A stretch of 64,000 nucleotides of DNA from an uncultured Gammaproteobacteria bacterium (GCA_964431235.1 CAYSJA010000030.1:1774-65773); one strand, 5' to 3'. Numbered from the stretch's first letter, positions 19,616 through 29,659 are shown. Numbers and translations are program-made. Notes: generated by a model not told the origin, from the letters alone.

Positions 19616-20131
19616 TTAAATAATTGATTGCAGTGCCTTGAAAGCCTGAGGTAAAATCGGCAAAATCAGATTAACTATTAAATTGAGCCAAGGGATTATA
19701 ACAGAATTATTAATCATATCGCCAAAACTACCACTTATTCCAGTATAACGAGAAATAACGAAAAATATCATTCCTAAAAACAAAGATCCTTCCAAAAAAC
19801 CCAAAACTCCCCCTAAAATATTATTTATATATTTGCTACCAGGGATAAAAGCTAATAAATTAAAAGTTTTTTCAATTAAATAAAACAAAAAATGAGTTAA
19901 TTGAGTAGCAACAATAAAAAGTATAACAAAAGCTAAAATTTTCCCGATTGATTCATTAATCTCTAATAAATCGCCTCCCCATTGAAAAAAATTTAGATAA
20001 AAACGGCTGGCGATATAAGCGCCTATTATCAAACCAAAAATTCGACCTAAAGAGCGAATAAGACCTTTGCTTAATCCGCTAAAGAAAAAGAGAATTAAAA
20101 CAAGGGCTAAAATTAAATCTAAAGTTAACAT
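19616..20131 (-). CDS. CvpA family membrane protein
   Basis: Four predicted TM helices; 171 aa; N-terminus of CvpA type. Confidence 0.55.
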   Translation of the reverse strand: MLTLDLILALVLILFFFSGLSKGLIRSLGRIFGLIIGAYIASRFYLNFFQWGGDLLEINESIGKILAFVILFIVATQLTHFLFYLIEKTFNLLAFIPGSKYINNILGGVLGFLEGSLFLGMIFFVISRYTGISGSFGDMINNSVIIPWLNLIVNLILPILPQAFKALQSII

Positions 20132-20132
20132 A

Positions 20133-21620
20133 TTAGTTTATTTTTGGGAAGAGAATCTCCCCTTTTTTTATTTGTTTTTGAAAAAATTGTGTCTGGATCT
20201 TCACAGAAATAACCGGCAAAAACGGTTCTAATAAATAAGCTATATTTAAAACATCCTGCGCTAAGGGTTTTAAAACACTAGCGATATCTTCAGTTGCTGA
20301 CATTTTCCAAGGCGATTGCCAGCTTAAAGCTTCGTTAGTCGCCTGGATTTTTTCCCAAATAATCTGTAAAGCTTCATTTAAACGATAGCGAGACATTGCT
20401 TTTTGTAACAATCTGTAAGTTTCTAAAATCCCTTTTTCTTTTAAATTAACTTTAAGATCTGTCTTTATATTATTCTTTTCTAATAAATTAGCAATTCGAG
20501 CTACTAAATTTCCTAGACCATTAGCTAAATCCGCATTGTAACGAATTTTAAATTTATCTTCTGAATAATCACCATCTTCAAAGGTGGATATTTCCGCCAA
20601 TAGATAATAACGAAGAGCATCGCCACCGTATTTATCCGCTAATTTATAAGGGCTTATAGCATCCCCTAGACTCTTGCTTATCTTCCGACCGTTAATTGTT
20701 AAAAAGCCAAAAACTAAAATTTGGCGGGAAGGTGCTAATCCGGCCGACATTAACATTGCTTGCCACATAGCTGCCTGTGGTCTAAGATTATCTTTACCGC
20801 AAACCTGAACTGCCGGCCAAAATTTAGCAAAATTATCTTTATTTTTTGGCCAGCCTAAAGTAGAAATATAATTAACTAGAGCATCAAACCAAACATACAT
20901 TACTTGCTCCTTATCTCCAGGAACCGGTACGCCGTGTGGCATCTTATCCTTTTGGCGAGAAATACTAAAATCCTGTAAACCCGAAGAAACAAAAGCTTTT
21001 ATTTCTTTAAGACGGGAGCTGGGTAAAATAAAATCTTCCTGATCATATAATTTTAATAATTTATCTTGATATTTGGAAAAACGAAAAAAATAATTTTCCT
21101 CATCAATCAATTCCAGTTCTTGGTTAGGATGAAAAGGGCAACGACCGTTTTCTAATTCAGAATCAGTTTTTTGCATTTCACAGCCAACGCAATACTTAAC
21201 TTTATAATTCTTTTTGTAAATATCACCGTTTTTAAGACAAATCCGCCAAAATTCTTGCGCTGCTTCCTGGTGTTTTTTGTCAGTGGTTCTAATGAATTTA
21301 TTATAAGAGAGATTAAGCTTATCTTTCAAAGGTAAAAATTTAGTAGAATAAAGATCGCAATATTCTTTTATAGATACGTTTTTTTCTTGGGCTTTTTGAT
21401 AAATTTTCAAACCGTGCTCATCAGTACCGGTATTAAAAAAAACTTCTTTCCCCGCTTGGCGATGAAAACGGGCAATAACATCGGCCTTAATAATTTCCGC
21501 GGCAAAACCAATATGGGGCTCGGCATTTATGTAAGGCAGAGTCGTAGAAATATAAAAATTATTATTTTTTTCACGGTTATTCTTTTGTTCCATAGCTAGT
21601 GAACGGCTAATTATTTTCAA
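20133..21620 (-). CDS. metG: methionyl-tRNA synthetase (short form)
   Basis: HIGH-type EPHIGF, MetRS-specific TGTDEHGLKI, Zn knuckle CVGCEMQ...CPFH, KMSKS-type KISKSLG. Confidence 0.85.
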   Translation of the reverse strand: MKIISRSLAMEQKNNREKNNNFYISTTLPYINAEPHIGFAAEIIKADVIARFHRQAGKEVFFNTGTDEHGLKIYQKAQEKNVSIKEYCDLYSTKFLPLKDKLNLSYNKFIRTTDKKHQEAAQEFWRICLKNGDIYKKNYKVKYCVGCEMQKTDSELENGRCPFHPNQELELIDEENYFFRFSKYQDKLLKLYDQEDFILPSSRLKEIKAFVSSGLQDFSISRQKDKMPHGVPVPGDKEQVMYVWFDALVNYISTLGWPKNKDNFAKFWPAVQVCGKDNLRPQAAMWQAMLMSAGLAPSRQILVFGFLTINGRKISKSLGDAISPYKLADKYGGDALRYYLLAEISTFEDGDYSEDKFKIRYNADLANGLGNLVARIANLLEKNNIKTDLKVNLKEKGILETYRLLQKAMSRYRLNEALQIIWEKIQATNEALSWQSPWKMSATEDIASVLKPLAQDVLNIAYLLEPFLPVISVKIQTQFFQKQIKKGEILFPKIN

Positions 21621-21628
21621 GTTAAAAA

Positions 21629-22330
21629 TTAAAATTTACCTTTATCTCTAACCAAAACAACGAATTCTCCTTTTAAATTATTAGAATCAGAATTTAAAAT
21701 AGCTAAAATCTCTTCTGCGGAACCTTGGTAGCAACTTTCATGTAACTTGGTTATTTCTCTAAAAACAATCAACTTTTTAGACTTATTTGTTTCTTTGGAT
21801 TTATCTACTATTTCTTTGAGCAGTTTAGTAATTCGGTGCTTTGATTCATAAAAGATAAAAGGTGAATTACTGATAACAATTTTCTTGATAAGCGATTGAC
21901 GACCTTTCTTGTGTGGTAAAAATCCTAAAAAACAAAAACGATCAAAACCAACCCCAGCTAAAGATATTGCCGCTAATAAAGCAGAGGGACCGGGAATACT
22001 AACGATCTTTACATCCTCCTCCAGTTCTTTTCTAATAACTGATATTAGCTGGCTACCAGGATCAGACACGCCCGGTGTACCGGCATCGCTAATTAAGGCT
22101 AATTCTTTTCCTTCTTTTAATTTATTTATTATTTTTTCAATTTTCAAAAAACCTGAATGTTGGTGATAAGATAAAAGCGGAGTGCTTATTCTATAATGGG
22201 ATAGTAATTTCTTAGCGACTCTAGTATCTTCGCACAAAATCAAGTCAACCTGTTTTAAAATTCGCAAAGCGCGCAAACTAATATCTTCAAGATTGCCAAT
22301 CGGGGTTGCTACTATATTTAATATTCCCAT
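21629..22330 (-). CDS. rsmI: 16S rRNA (cytidine1402-2'-O)-methyltransferase RsmI
   Basis: LNIVATPIGNLEDISLRALRILKQVDLILCEDTR. Start chosen at the internal Met, which removes the overlap with the upstream gene; the ORF track extends to 22393. Confidence 0.8.
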   Translation of the reverse strand: MGILNIVATPIGNLEDISLRALRILKQVDLILCEDTRVAKKLLSHYRISTPLLSYHQHSGFLKIEKIINKLKEGKELALISDAGTPGVSDPGSQLISVIRKELEEDVKIVSIPGPSALLAAISLAGVGFDRFCFLGFLPHKKGRQSLIKKIVISNSPFIFYESKHRITKLLKEIVDKSKETNKSKKLIVFREITKLHESCYQGSAEEILAILNSDSNNLKGEFVVLVRDKGKF

Positions 22331-22334
22331 AAAA

Positions 22335-24059
22335 TTATTCCATATTATCACGCCTTTCTCGAACATATTTAGTCCAATCTTCTGCCACATCAACTAAAAT
22401 TTTAAAAGGCGCTTCAATTATAAAATCAAAAACGAAAATAAAAACATTTACCCGGGACATATTATTAGATAGCCACCGTCCTACCAAAATTATTGGCATA
22501 TAGAATAAATCAACTAGAAAAGTCAACAAGTTCTCCCGACGCTCAATTATCATAAGCTCCTTGACACCGCGCGAAACAATAATGCTGAAAAAACTGACAA
22601 AAGCTAAGAAAAATAAAAAAACAATCACACTAACCCAGGTAAAATTAATAAAAGCCAGGGCTTTAATGATAATATATACTGATACCATAAAGGCGGCCGT
22701 ATAAATAAGATTAAAAATAAAATTAGTAATCACTCCTCGCTTTCTTTTCTTACGAATATAAAGCGGCTGCTTATTACTCTTACCTGAAGTAGCCACCTGC
22801 TTTATACCAGCTATTATTTTTTCTGTATTATTTTCACCTGGTTTAGGGGTAAAAAAGACAATGAAAAATAACAAAACTGCCGGGAAGGCTATATTAATCG
22901 CCAAAGAAACCGGATTTAAAGGTTCACCGAACCACTTTATCGCCGGAACTTCTATTAAAAAAACAAAAATTGATTTGGTTAAAAAAATGTAAATAATGCT
23001 CCTTAAAGCTGCCCGCCACAAACGAGATTTAGCTTTTTTGTATTTTTGATGACAGGTTCTAACCAGAAGCTTATAAAAAGTTTTTTTTCCTTGCTGAGCC
23101 GCTTTATATGTCTTCAATGGATCTTTAGAAATAGTATCGGCTAAAATTGTAAAATAAAGGGCATAGCGCCTGACTATTTTATCTAAATCCCTAATTAAAG
23201 GGTGTTTTAGCTGTTCTTCTATCTTATTTATAATCAAATCAATCTTAGCAACAATTTTATTAATCTCTTTCTCTCTATCAAGGTCTTCTTTTCCTTCATT
23301 TAAATCAAGCCAAGAATCATTATAATACTTAAACAAAACAAAGCTCAACATGTCTTTATCCAGTTTTAAAAATTTTCGGCTGATGCTTAAATAAATCTGA
23401 ATTTCTAAATCTTTTTTATAAGGAGAATCATCGAGTAGAGCAATATCGCGACGCAAAACGTCAAATAGACTATTTACTATCATCTGCTTAACTTTATCTG
23501 ATGACAAACTATCTTCAATTTCACAAGCGGCCAAGCTTAAAAGCCAACGAATGACATTGTTCTTTTTTTGTAGAAGCTGCTTAGTACCAGAAACGTTGGC
23601 TTTTAAATTAAGGGCTGAATTTATCTTTAAAATAATCTGGTTTTTAAGCTGTATATATTTTTCTAATAAATCAGCCACTTCCTGAATTTTTCTTTCCGGA
23701 ATCTGGTTATTCGGCAAGTACCCTCCCCTTATAAGCTCGGTTAAAAGATGTTGGGATAAACTTGAACTATCAACTTCTTTTATTACGCCTTCAATAATCA
23801 CTTGGCGTCGTAAAATTCTGGCAATGGCATTTTTGCGCAAGAGATGATCCTCATCATAATCAACCGCATTCCTTATCTTTTCATAAAAAAAAGACAAGCG
23901 AGAAATCAATTCGGAAACTTTTATTTTGGGCTCACTGTCACTCATTTCCTCTTCTTGGCTTTTCTCGCTGTAAATAATCTGAAACAACTTCTTTGTATTG
24001 TCATTAAGCTCAAACGGTTCTTCAAAACTCTGTTTTTTTATTAAATTAGGACTCACCAT
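22335..24059 (-). CDS. hypothetical polytopic membrane protein with ~330-aa cytoplasmic N-terminal domain
   Basis: Soluble N-terminal half followed by at least 6 hydrophobic helices; no family recognised. Confidence 0.45.
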   Translation of the reverse strand: MVSPNLIKKQSFEEPFELNDNTKKLFQIIYSEKSQEEEMSDSEPKIKVSELISRLSFFYEKIRNAVDYDEDHLLRKNAIARILRRQVIIEGVIKEVDSSSLSQHLLTELIRGGYLPNNQIPERKIQEVADLLEKYIQLKNQIILKINSALNLKANVSGTKQLLQKKNNVIRWLLSLAACEIEDSLSSDKVKQMIVNSLFDVLRRDIALLDDSPYKKDLEIQIYLSISRKFLKLDKDMLSFVLFKYYNDSWLDLNEGKEDLDREKEINKIVAKIDLIINKIEEQLKHPLIRDLDKIVRRYALYFTILADTISKDPLKTYKAAQQGKKTFYKLLVRTCHQKYKKAKSRLWRAALRSIIYIFLTKSIFVFLIEVPAIKWFGEPLNPVSLAINIAFPAVLLFFIVFFTPKPGENNTEKIIAGIKQVATSGKSNKQPLYIRKKRKRGVITNFIFNLIYTAAFMVSVYIIIKALAFINFTWVSVIVFLFFLAFVSFFSIIVSRGVKELMIIERRENLLTFLVDLFYMPIILVGRWLSNNMSRVNVFIFVFDFIIEAPFKILVDVAEDWTKYVRERRDNME

Positions 24060-24287
24060 ATCAAAATAATACCATTATAAAAAATAAAAACTAAATTATT
24101 TAATTTATTTTATTTTATCCTGTTTAAGCGGAAAAAGCAATAAAAAAGGCTCTGCAGAAAATAATGTAATAAAAAAAACAAAAATAATAGTAAAATTAGC
24201 TTAGAAAATGAGTTTCCCAACTCAAAGCTAAAAATAAACGTTATTTTGAAAAAATTTATATATTTACCTATAAAAACTTCTCGCTAT

Positions 24288-24316
24288 TGACATAGCCACT
24301 CTTATTCTGTATTATT
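24288..24316 (+). promoter_or_regulatory. sigma70-like promoter upstream of secE-nusG-rplK-rplA
   Basis: TTGACA, 17 nt spacer, TATTAT; followed by the palindrome GTGGCCAC. Confidence 0.45.
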
Positions 24317-24373
24317 TAATTAGATATATAAAGTGGCCACGAGGCTATTTTTAATTACTTATTTTAGCTTTAT

Positions 24374-24553
24374 ATGAATAAACTGATAAAATATATTAAG
24401 GAGTCTAGTATTGAAATGAAAAAAGTGACTTGGCCTAGTAAAAAAGAAACTTACCGCTATACGGTTTTAGTAATTATTATTAGTTTGTCTGTAGCTGCTT
24501 TTCTAGGAGCTTTGGATTATATCTTCAATTTCGGTTTCAAATTAGTAATCTAA
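24374..24553 (+). CDS. secE: preprotein translocase subunit SecE
   Basis: Manual translation MNKLIKYIKESSIEMKKVTWPSKKETYRYTVLVIIISLSVAAFLGALDYIFNFGFKLVI*, SecE-like (VxWPxxxET + TM), directly upstream of nusG. A possible alternative start lies at the internal Met preceded by AAGGAG. Confidence 0.65.
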   Translation: MNKLIKYIKESSIEMKKVTWPSKKETYRYTVLVIIISLSVAAFLGALDYIFNFGFKLVI

Positions 24554-24585
24554 AAAATTTAAATATATAGCTCTATATAAATTTT

Positions 24586-25131
24586 ATGGCCAAACAACTT
24601 TTAAACCAAGGCCGCCGCTGGTATGTTATACATACTTATTCCGGATACGAAGAAAATGTCGCTCAAAATTTAAAACAGAGAGTGGAGTCTTTGGATATGG
24701 AAAATAAAATATTCAATGTTTTAATTCCTACTGAGAAGAAAATAAAAATTAAAAACGGCAAACGAAAAGTTATTGAAGAAAAAATCTTTCCTGGTTATAT
24801 TTTAGTGGAAATGATGGTTACTGACGAATCTTGGTATATAGTTAGAAATACACCTAATGTTACCGGCTTTATTGGTAGTGGCACTATTCCTACGCCGATA
24901 AGCGAAACTGAAATTAAAGCTCTACAGAAAAGAATGGGCGTAGAAGATCCTAAATTTCAAATAGATGTTGAAATTGGTTCACCGGTAAAAATAAATGAAG
25001 GTCCTTTCAAAAATATGGAGGGTAAAGTTACTGCTATTGATGAAGCTAAAGGTAAAGTCAAAGTATCTGTATCCTTATTCGGGCGAGAAACTCCGGTAGA
25101 ACTTGATTTCTTGCAAATAAAGAAAACCTAA
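24586..25131 (+). CDS. nusG: transcription termination/antitermination factor NusG
   Basis: WYVIHTYSGYEENV NGN domain and C-terminal KOW domain. Confidence 0.9.
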   Translation: MAKQLLNQGRRWYVIHTYSGYEENVAQNLKQRVESLDMENKIFNVLIPTEKKIKIKNGKRKVIEEKIFPGYILVEMMVTDESWYIVRNTPNVTGFIGSGTIPTPISETEIKALQKRMGVEDPKFQIDVEIGSPVKINEGPFKNMEGKVTAIDEAKGKVKVSVSLFGRETPVELDFLQIKKT

Positions 25132-25186
25132 AAATTACTTGTAATAATTAAAGGTGAGCGGTGCTTCTACGCTCAAAATGAAAAAT

Positions 25187-25609
25187 ATGGCAAAAAAAAT
25201 AAAGACTAAAATAAAACTGCAAATATCTGGCGGACAAGCTAGCCCAGCTCCCCCTATTGGTCCAGCTTTAGGTCAACACGGCTTGAATATTGCTGAATTC
25301 TGTAAAGAATTTAATGATAAAACTAAAGATAAGACAGGAGATATTATTCCTGTAGAAATAACTGTCTTTGAAGACAGAAGTTATAATTTTATCCTCAAAA
25401 CCCCGCCAGCGGCCGAGCTCATTAAAAAGATGGCCGGAATTAAAAAAGGTTCTGGTAAACCCTTAGCTGAAAAGATAGGATCTATAACTGAAAAACAACT
25501 AGCAGAAATCGCGGAAATAAAAATGCCTGATTTAAATGCTAAAAATTTAGAAGCAGCTAAAAAAATAATAGCCGGAACTGCGCGACAAATGGGGGTAGAG
25601 ATTAAATAA
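25187..25609 (+). CDS. rplK: 50S ribosomal protein L11
   Basis: [29 protein letters not shown]. Start taken at MAKKIK; the ORF-track GTG at 25154 overlaps the ribosome-binding site. Confidence 0.85.
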   Translation: MAKKIKTKIKLQISGGQASPAPPIGPALGQHGLNIAEFCKEFNDKTKDKTGDIIPVEITVFEDRSYNFILKTPPAAELIKKMAGIKKGSGKPLAEKIGSITEKQLAEIAEIKMPDLNAKNLEAAKKIIAGTARQMGVEIK

Positions 25610-25625
25610 TACTAATTAATAATAA

Positions 25626-26375
25626 TTGTGGAAGTTTAAAGAAATTAAACGCCTTTACCACGAAAATATGATTAAGAAAAAAGATAAAAAACAAAAACAA
25701 GTCAAAATAAAAAAAGATTTTTCTTCTTTTTATAATAAAAATAAAAATTATCCTATAAAAGAAGCAGTGGAAATTATAAAAAAAATAAGCACGACGAAAT
25801 TTGACGCTTCAGTAGAAATCCATCTTTGCTTAGGAATTAACACTAAAAAAAGCGACCAACAAATAAGAGGCGCTGTCAATTTGCCTCATGGAACTGGTAA
25901 AACCGTTAGAGTGGCTGCTTTTGTTTCTCCTGAAAACGAAAAAGTGGTTAAAGAAGCTGGGGCTGATCTTGTTGGTGGCGAAGAATTAATTGCAAAAATC
26001 AAAAAAAGCGAAAAAACCGATTTCCAAGTAGCGGTAGCTGAACCGATAATGATGAAAAAATTAGCTATTATTGCAAAAATTTTAGGAACTAGAGGCCTAA
26101 TGCCCTCCCCTAAAAACGACACTGTTACCCCTAATCCAGTCAAGGCCATAAAAGAATTAAAAAAAGGTAAAGTTAGCTTTAAAAATGACGACACTGGTAA
26201 TTTACATATTGTTATTGGTAAAGTCAGTTTTAGTAATAGTAAACTAATAGAAAATTATCAAGCTTTTCTGGATTCAGTCAAAAAACTAAAACCTAATTCA
26301 GCTAAGGGAATATTTATTCAAAGTGCTACTTTAGCCTCATCTATGAGCCCAGGTATAAAAATATCAATTTCTTAA
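25626..26375 (+). CDS. rplA: 50S ribosomal protein L1
   Basis: IKEAVEIIKK...GLMPSPKNDTVT; the true start may be the internal Met about 42 nt downstream. Confidence 0.85.
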   Translation: MWKFKEIKRLYHENMIKKKDKKQKQVKIKKDFSSFYNKNKNYPIKEAVEIIKKISTTKFDASVEIHLCLGINTKKSDQQIRGAVNLPHGTGKTVRVAAFVSPENEKVVKEAGADLVGGEELIAKIKKSEKTDFQVAVAEPIMMKKLAIIAKILGTRGLMPSPKNDTVTPNPVKAIKELKKGKVSFKNDDTGNLHIVIGKVSFSNSKLIENYQAFLDSVKKLKPNSAKGIFIQSATLASSMSPGIKISIS

Positions 26376-26409
26376 ACCTGATTAAACCGATTAAACCCTT
26401 GCTATTGAC

Positions 26410-26438
26410 TTAATATTATAAATAAGATATACTTATTT
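26410..26438 (+). promoter_or_regulatory. sigma70-like promoter for the RRM protein gene
   Basis: TTGACT, 17 nt spacer, TATACT. Confidence 0.4.
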
Positions 26439-26540
26439 TGTAGGTAAGCAATTTTTTAGAAAGGGCGGATCCTTATCCGCTCTTTCTTTGCTAATAAAAG
26501 GTCGTCTTACATTTGTTAAAAATAAAAATAAGTAAACCAA

Positions 26541-26798
26541 ATGAAAAAATTATTCGTCGGCGGTTTGTCTTTCAAGACAACTGAGCAAAGTTTAGCTGAT
26601 GCTTTCGCAAAAGCTGGAAAAGTTTTATCCGCCGTCATTATCACTGATCGCATGACACAAAGATCCAAAGGTTTTGGTTTTGTAGAAATGGAAAATGAAG
26701 CGGATGCTGATAAAGCGATAGAGATGTACAACAATCAAGAACTAGACGGACGCCGCATTGTAGTCAATGAGGCTCGTCCCATGGAAAAAAGATTCTAA
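26541..26798 (+). CDS. RNA-binding protein with a single RRM domain
   Basis: RNP-2 KLFVGGL and RNP-1 KGFGFVEM; 85 aa. Confidence 0.85.
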   Translation: MKKLFVGGLSFKTTEQSLADAFAKAGKVLSAVIITDRMTQRSKGFGFVEMENEADADKAIEMYNNQELDGRRIVVNEARPMEKRF

Positions 26799-26820
26799 GA
26801 TATCCTAAGATATAGAAAAT

Positions 26821-26853
26821 GTGATTAAAAACGCCCTCTTTTATAAGATGGGC
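26821..26853 (+). terminator. rho-independent terminator
   Basis: AAAACGCCC-TCTTTTATAAGAT-GGGCGTTTTTT. Confidence 0.75.
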
Positions 26854-26900
26854 GTTTTTTAATTAAAATATTATATCACTTCAATAAGCATATGTTTATT

Positions 26901-27302
26901 TTAGTCTTGATCTGATTTCTTTGTTTTTTTAACTCTGGTCTCATAATCCAAAATTGCTTTTTTTAAACCTTGAATCGCCATTACCGAACAGTGGATCTTT
27001 TGCTGGGGTAATCCTCCTAAATCATCGGTAATTTTCTGCCAAGGGTACTTTTTCGCTTGATCAAGAGTCATACCTTTTACTTTTTCTGTCATTACTGAGG
27101 CAGTAGCAATATTTGAAGCGCAACCAAAGGATAAGAATTTGACATCTTTTATTCTACCTTTTTCTACTTTTAAAAAAAAATCTAATTGATCACCACAAAC
27201 CATATTACCTATCCGGGCATAACCATCTGGTTTTTTAATCTTACCAATATTTCTTGGCTTTAGAAAATGATCTAAAGTTTTTTTAGTATAATTTAAAGAC
27301 AT
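26901..27302 (-). CDS. Fe-S cluster assembly scaffold (NifU/IscU family)
   Basis: GDQLDFFLKV...FLSFGCASNIATAS...HCSVMA, all three scaffold cysteines present. Confidence 0.8.
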   Translation of the reverse strand: MSLNYTKKTLDHFLKPRNIGKIKKPDGYARIGNMVCGDQLDFFLKVEKGRIKDVKFLSFGCASNIATASVMTEKVKGMTLDQAKKYPWQKITDDLGGLPQQKIHCSVMAIQGLKKAILDYETRVKKTKKSDQD

Positions 27303-27448
27303 ATATTAAAATTTATTTTTCGTTTTATTTAATAATTCTACTACAAAGAATAAATAAAATCTAGCAAATCTAGTACCTACATACATATTGACATAATTGT
27401 AAAAATATATTAAAATAAACAAAAATAGAACTTTAAAAATTATGTACC

Positions 27449-27844
27449 ATGAAAAAAAGATATAAAGATCTTTTAAAACAGCTTATAGCAATCTCTTTTC
27501 TCTCTTTTCTTTTAAGTTATGTTATTAGTTTAATAGGTGTTATTTTAACAGCTTTCAGTCTAGGATACGACTATGATGAGTTAATTAAACCTTTAAAAAG
27601 AAAAAGGAATTGGCTCACTGTTAAAATATTCTTAGCAATGGAAACTGGTTTTTTAGGAAGCTCACTACTTCATGCCGGACTTTTTCCTGGCATAAGTACT
27701 CTTATTACTGTTATAATCGGTATAACAGTTGGTTTTGTTTTTTTTGTTTTTGGATGCTTATTAGAAAAATATAAAAAAAAGAAAAGAAAAGCTACCAATA
27801 CAAAAAAATTTAACTGGTACTACTTAAAAATGCTAATGACTTAA
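27449..27844 (+). CDS. hypothetical small membrane protein
   Basis: 3-4 predicted TM helices, Lys-rich C-terminus; on the opposite strand between nifU-like and nifS-like genes. Confidence 0.4.
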   Translation: MKKRYKDLLKQLIAISFLSFLLSYVISLIGVILTAFSLGYDYDELIKPLKRKRNWLTVKIFLAMETGFLGSSLLHAGLFPGISTLITVIIGITVGFVFFVFGCLLEKYKKKKRKATNTKKFNWYYLKMLMT

Positions 27845-27901
27845 AAATCAATTTAAAAAAATTGGTTTTTTTTCGTTTAATAAGAATTTTTGCTGATAAA
27901 C

Positions 27902-29056
27902 TTATTCTATAGGAGAAAAATGGCGCAATCTTTTCACTGTTTGTTTTAAAGCCTTAACAGTATAATCTATTTCTTTTTTAGTATTGAAGCGCCCTAAAGA
28001 AAAACGAATATTGCTATTTAAATAATTTTTTTCTAATCCCATGGCTTTCAAAACATGAGAAGCACGCAAATTAGAGGCTGAACAAGCAGATCCGGTAGAA
28101 ACACATATTCCTTTTTGCGATAAATCAATTAGAATCGCTTCACCTTCTACATTGCTAAACATAATATTTAAATTGGCCGGAATGCGGTTTTTGAAACTGC
28201 CGTTTAATTTAATTTTTGGAATTTCTTTCTTTAACTGCTGCCATAAATAATCTTTTAATTCTTTTATCTTTTTCAAATATTCGTTTCTTTCTTGATAAGC
28301 TAAAAATAGAGCTTCGCTAAATCCAATTATTCCCGGCATATTGCAAGTGCCAGAACGCAAATAATTTTCTTGGCCTCCACCAACAATAATAGGGTTAATC
28401 TTTATATTTGGATTTATATAAGCTAAACCTACACCTTTAGGGCCATAAAGTTTATGAGCGGACAAACTAATAAAGTCAAGGTTCATTTTTTTGATATCAA
28501 GTTTAAGATAAGGAACGGCTTGGACAGCGTCGCTATAAAAATAAGCACCGTTTTTATGAGCTATCTCGGCTAAAGATTCTATATCTTGAATTATACCGAT
28601 TTCATTATTAACAGCCATAACTGAAACTAAAATCGTATCCTTCCCTATTATTTCTCTTAAACTATTCGGAGTAACCAAACCATTTTTATCAACCGGTAAA
28701 TAATCAATTTTAAATCCCTCTTGAGATAATTTTTTAACAGTTTCCCTAACACAGGAATGCTCTATTTCTGATATTATTATCCTATTTTTTTTCTCAGTCT
28801 TATTAGCTAAAGCCACACCTCTAATTATCATATTACTGGCCTCGGTGGCACTTGAAGTAAAAACAACCCCTTTTTTATCTGCTCCTAAAATTTTAGCTAT
28901 CCTTTCTCTAGCTAGTTCTAAATCAGAAAAAGCCTCCTGCCCTAAAGTATGAATGGAAGCTGGGTTACCGTATTTTTCACTAAAATAAGGTTGCATTTTT
29001 TTTAATACACGAGGATCGAGTTTTGTTGTAGCGGCATTATCTAAATATACTATCAT
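27902..29056 (-). CDS. cysteine desulfurase (NifS/IscS family)
   Basis: MIVYLDNAATTKLDP, PLP-lysine region SLSAHKLYGPKG, catalytic GSACSA. Confidence 0.85.
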   Translation of the reverse strand: MIVYLDNAATTKLDPRVLKKMQPYFSEKYGNPASIHTLGQEAFSDLELARERIAKILGADKKGVVFTSSATEASNMIIRGVALANKTEKKNRIIISEIEHSCVRETVKKLSQEGFKIDYLPVDKNGLVTPNSLREIIGKDTILVSVMAVNNEIGIIQDIESLAEIAHKNGAYFYSDAVQAVPYLKLDIKKMNLDFISLSAHKLYGPKGVGLAYINPNIKINPIIVGGGQENYLRSGTCNMPGIIGFSEALFLAYQERNEYLKKIKELKDYLWQQLKKEIPKIKLNGSFKNRIPANLNIMFSNVEGEAILIDLSQKGICVSTGSACSASNLRASHVLKAMGLEKNYLNSNIRFSLGRFNTKKEIDYTVKALKQTVKRLRHFSPIE

Positions 29057-29062
29057 ACATTT

Positions 29063-29659
29063 TTATTTTACTAATTCAATTGAATTAATAACTACCGGCT
29101 CTAAAGGAATATCCCTAACTCCTGTTTCAATGCTCTCTATCTGTCTAACAATTTCCATACCTTTTACTACCTGACCAAAATTAGTATGAAGACCATCTAA
29201 CCAGGGAGTTTCTGACTTAGTGACAATAAAAAATTGTGAACCATTAGTGTTAGGGCCGGAGTTAGCCATTGCCAAACTTCCGGCTACTAATTTATGGTTA
29301 TTTATCTCGTCGGCGAATTTATAACCTGGATCGCCAATACCATAACTGTTTATATTATCACCTTTACTATTAGGATCACCGCCTTGAATCATAAAATCAT
29401 CTATAACCCGATGAAATTTAGTTCCATCATAAAACCCTTCTTGAGCCAAATTTAAAAAATTATTAACGGTAATAGGTGAATCTTCACTATAAAATTCAAC
29501 CGTAATAGCTCCTAAACTAGTATTTATAATAGCTTTAGAGTACTGTTTTGCTAAATCTTTTTGACCGTCTAAAATTCTCATATTATTTACATTAGAACAA
29601 GCGCTAATTATTAAAATAAAAATAAAAAAGAAAAGAAATAAAAATATTTTTTTTAGCAT
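29063..29659 (-). CDS. cyclophilin-type peptidyl-prolyl cis-trans isomerase, probable lipoprotein
   Basis: Lipobox LIISAC; FHRVIDDFMIQGGDP. Confidence 0.8.
   Translation of the reverse strand: MLKKIFLFLFFFIFILIISACSNVNNMRILDGQKDLAKQYSKAIINTSLGAITVEFYSEDSPITVNNFLNLAQEGFYDGTKFHRVIDDFMIQGGDPNSKGDNINSYGIGDPGYKFADEINNHKLVAGSLAMANSGPNTNGSQFFIVTKSETPWLDGLHTNFGQVVKGMEIVRQIESIETGVRDIPLEPVVINSIELVK

Noticed and set aside
26463-26492. Possible terminator hairpin GGGCGGAT-CCTT-ATCCGCTC after rplA
   Set aside because: The stem is imperfect and the T-tail weak (TTTCTTTG). It may also be part of the 5' UTR of the RRM gene. Not annotated as a feature.
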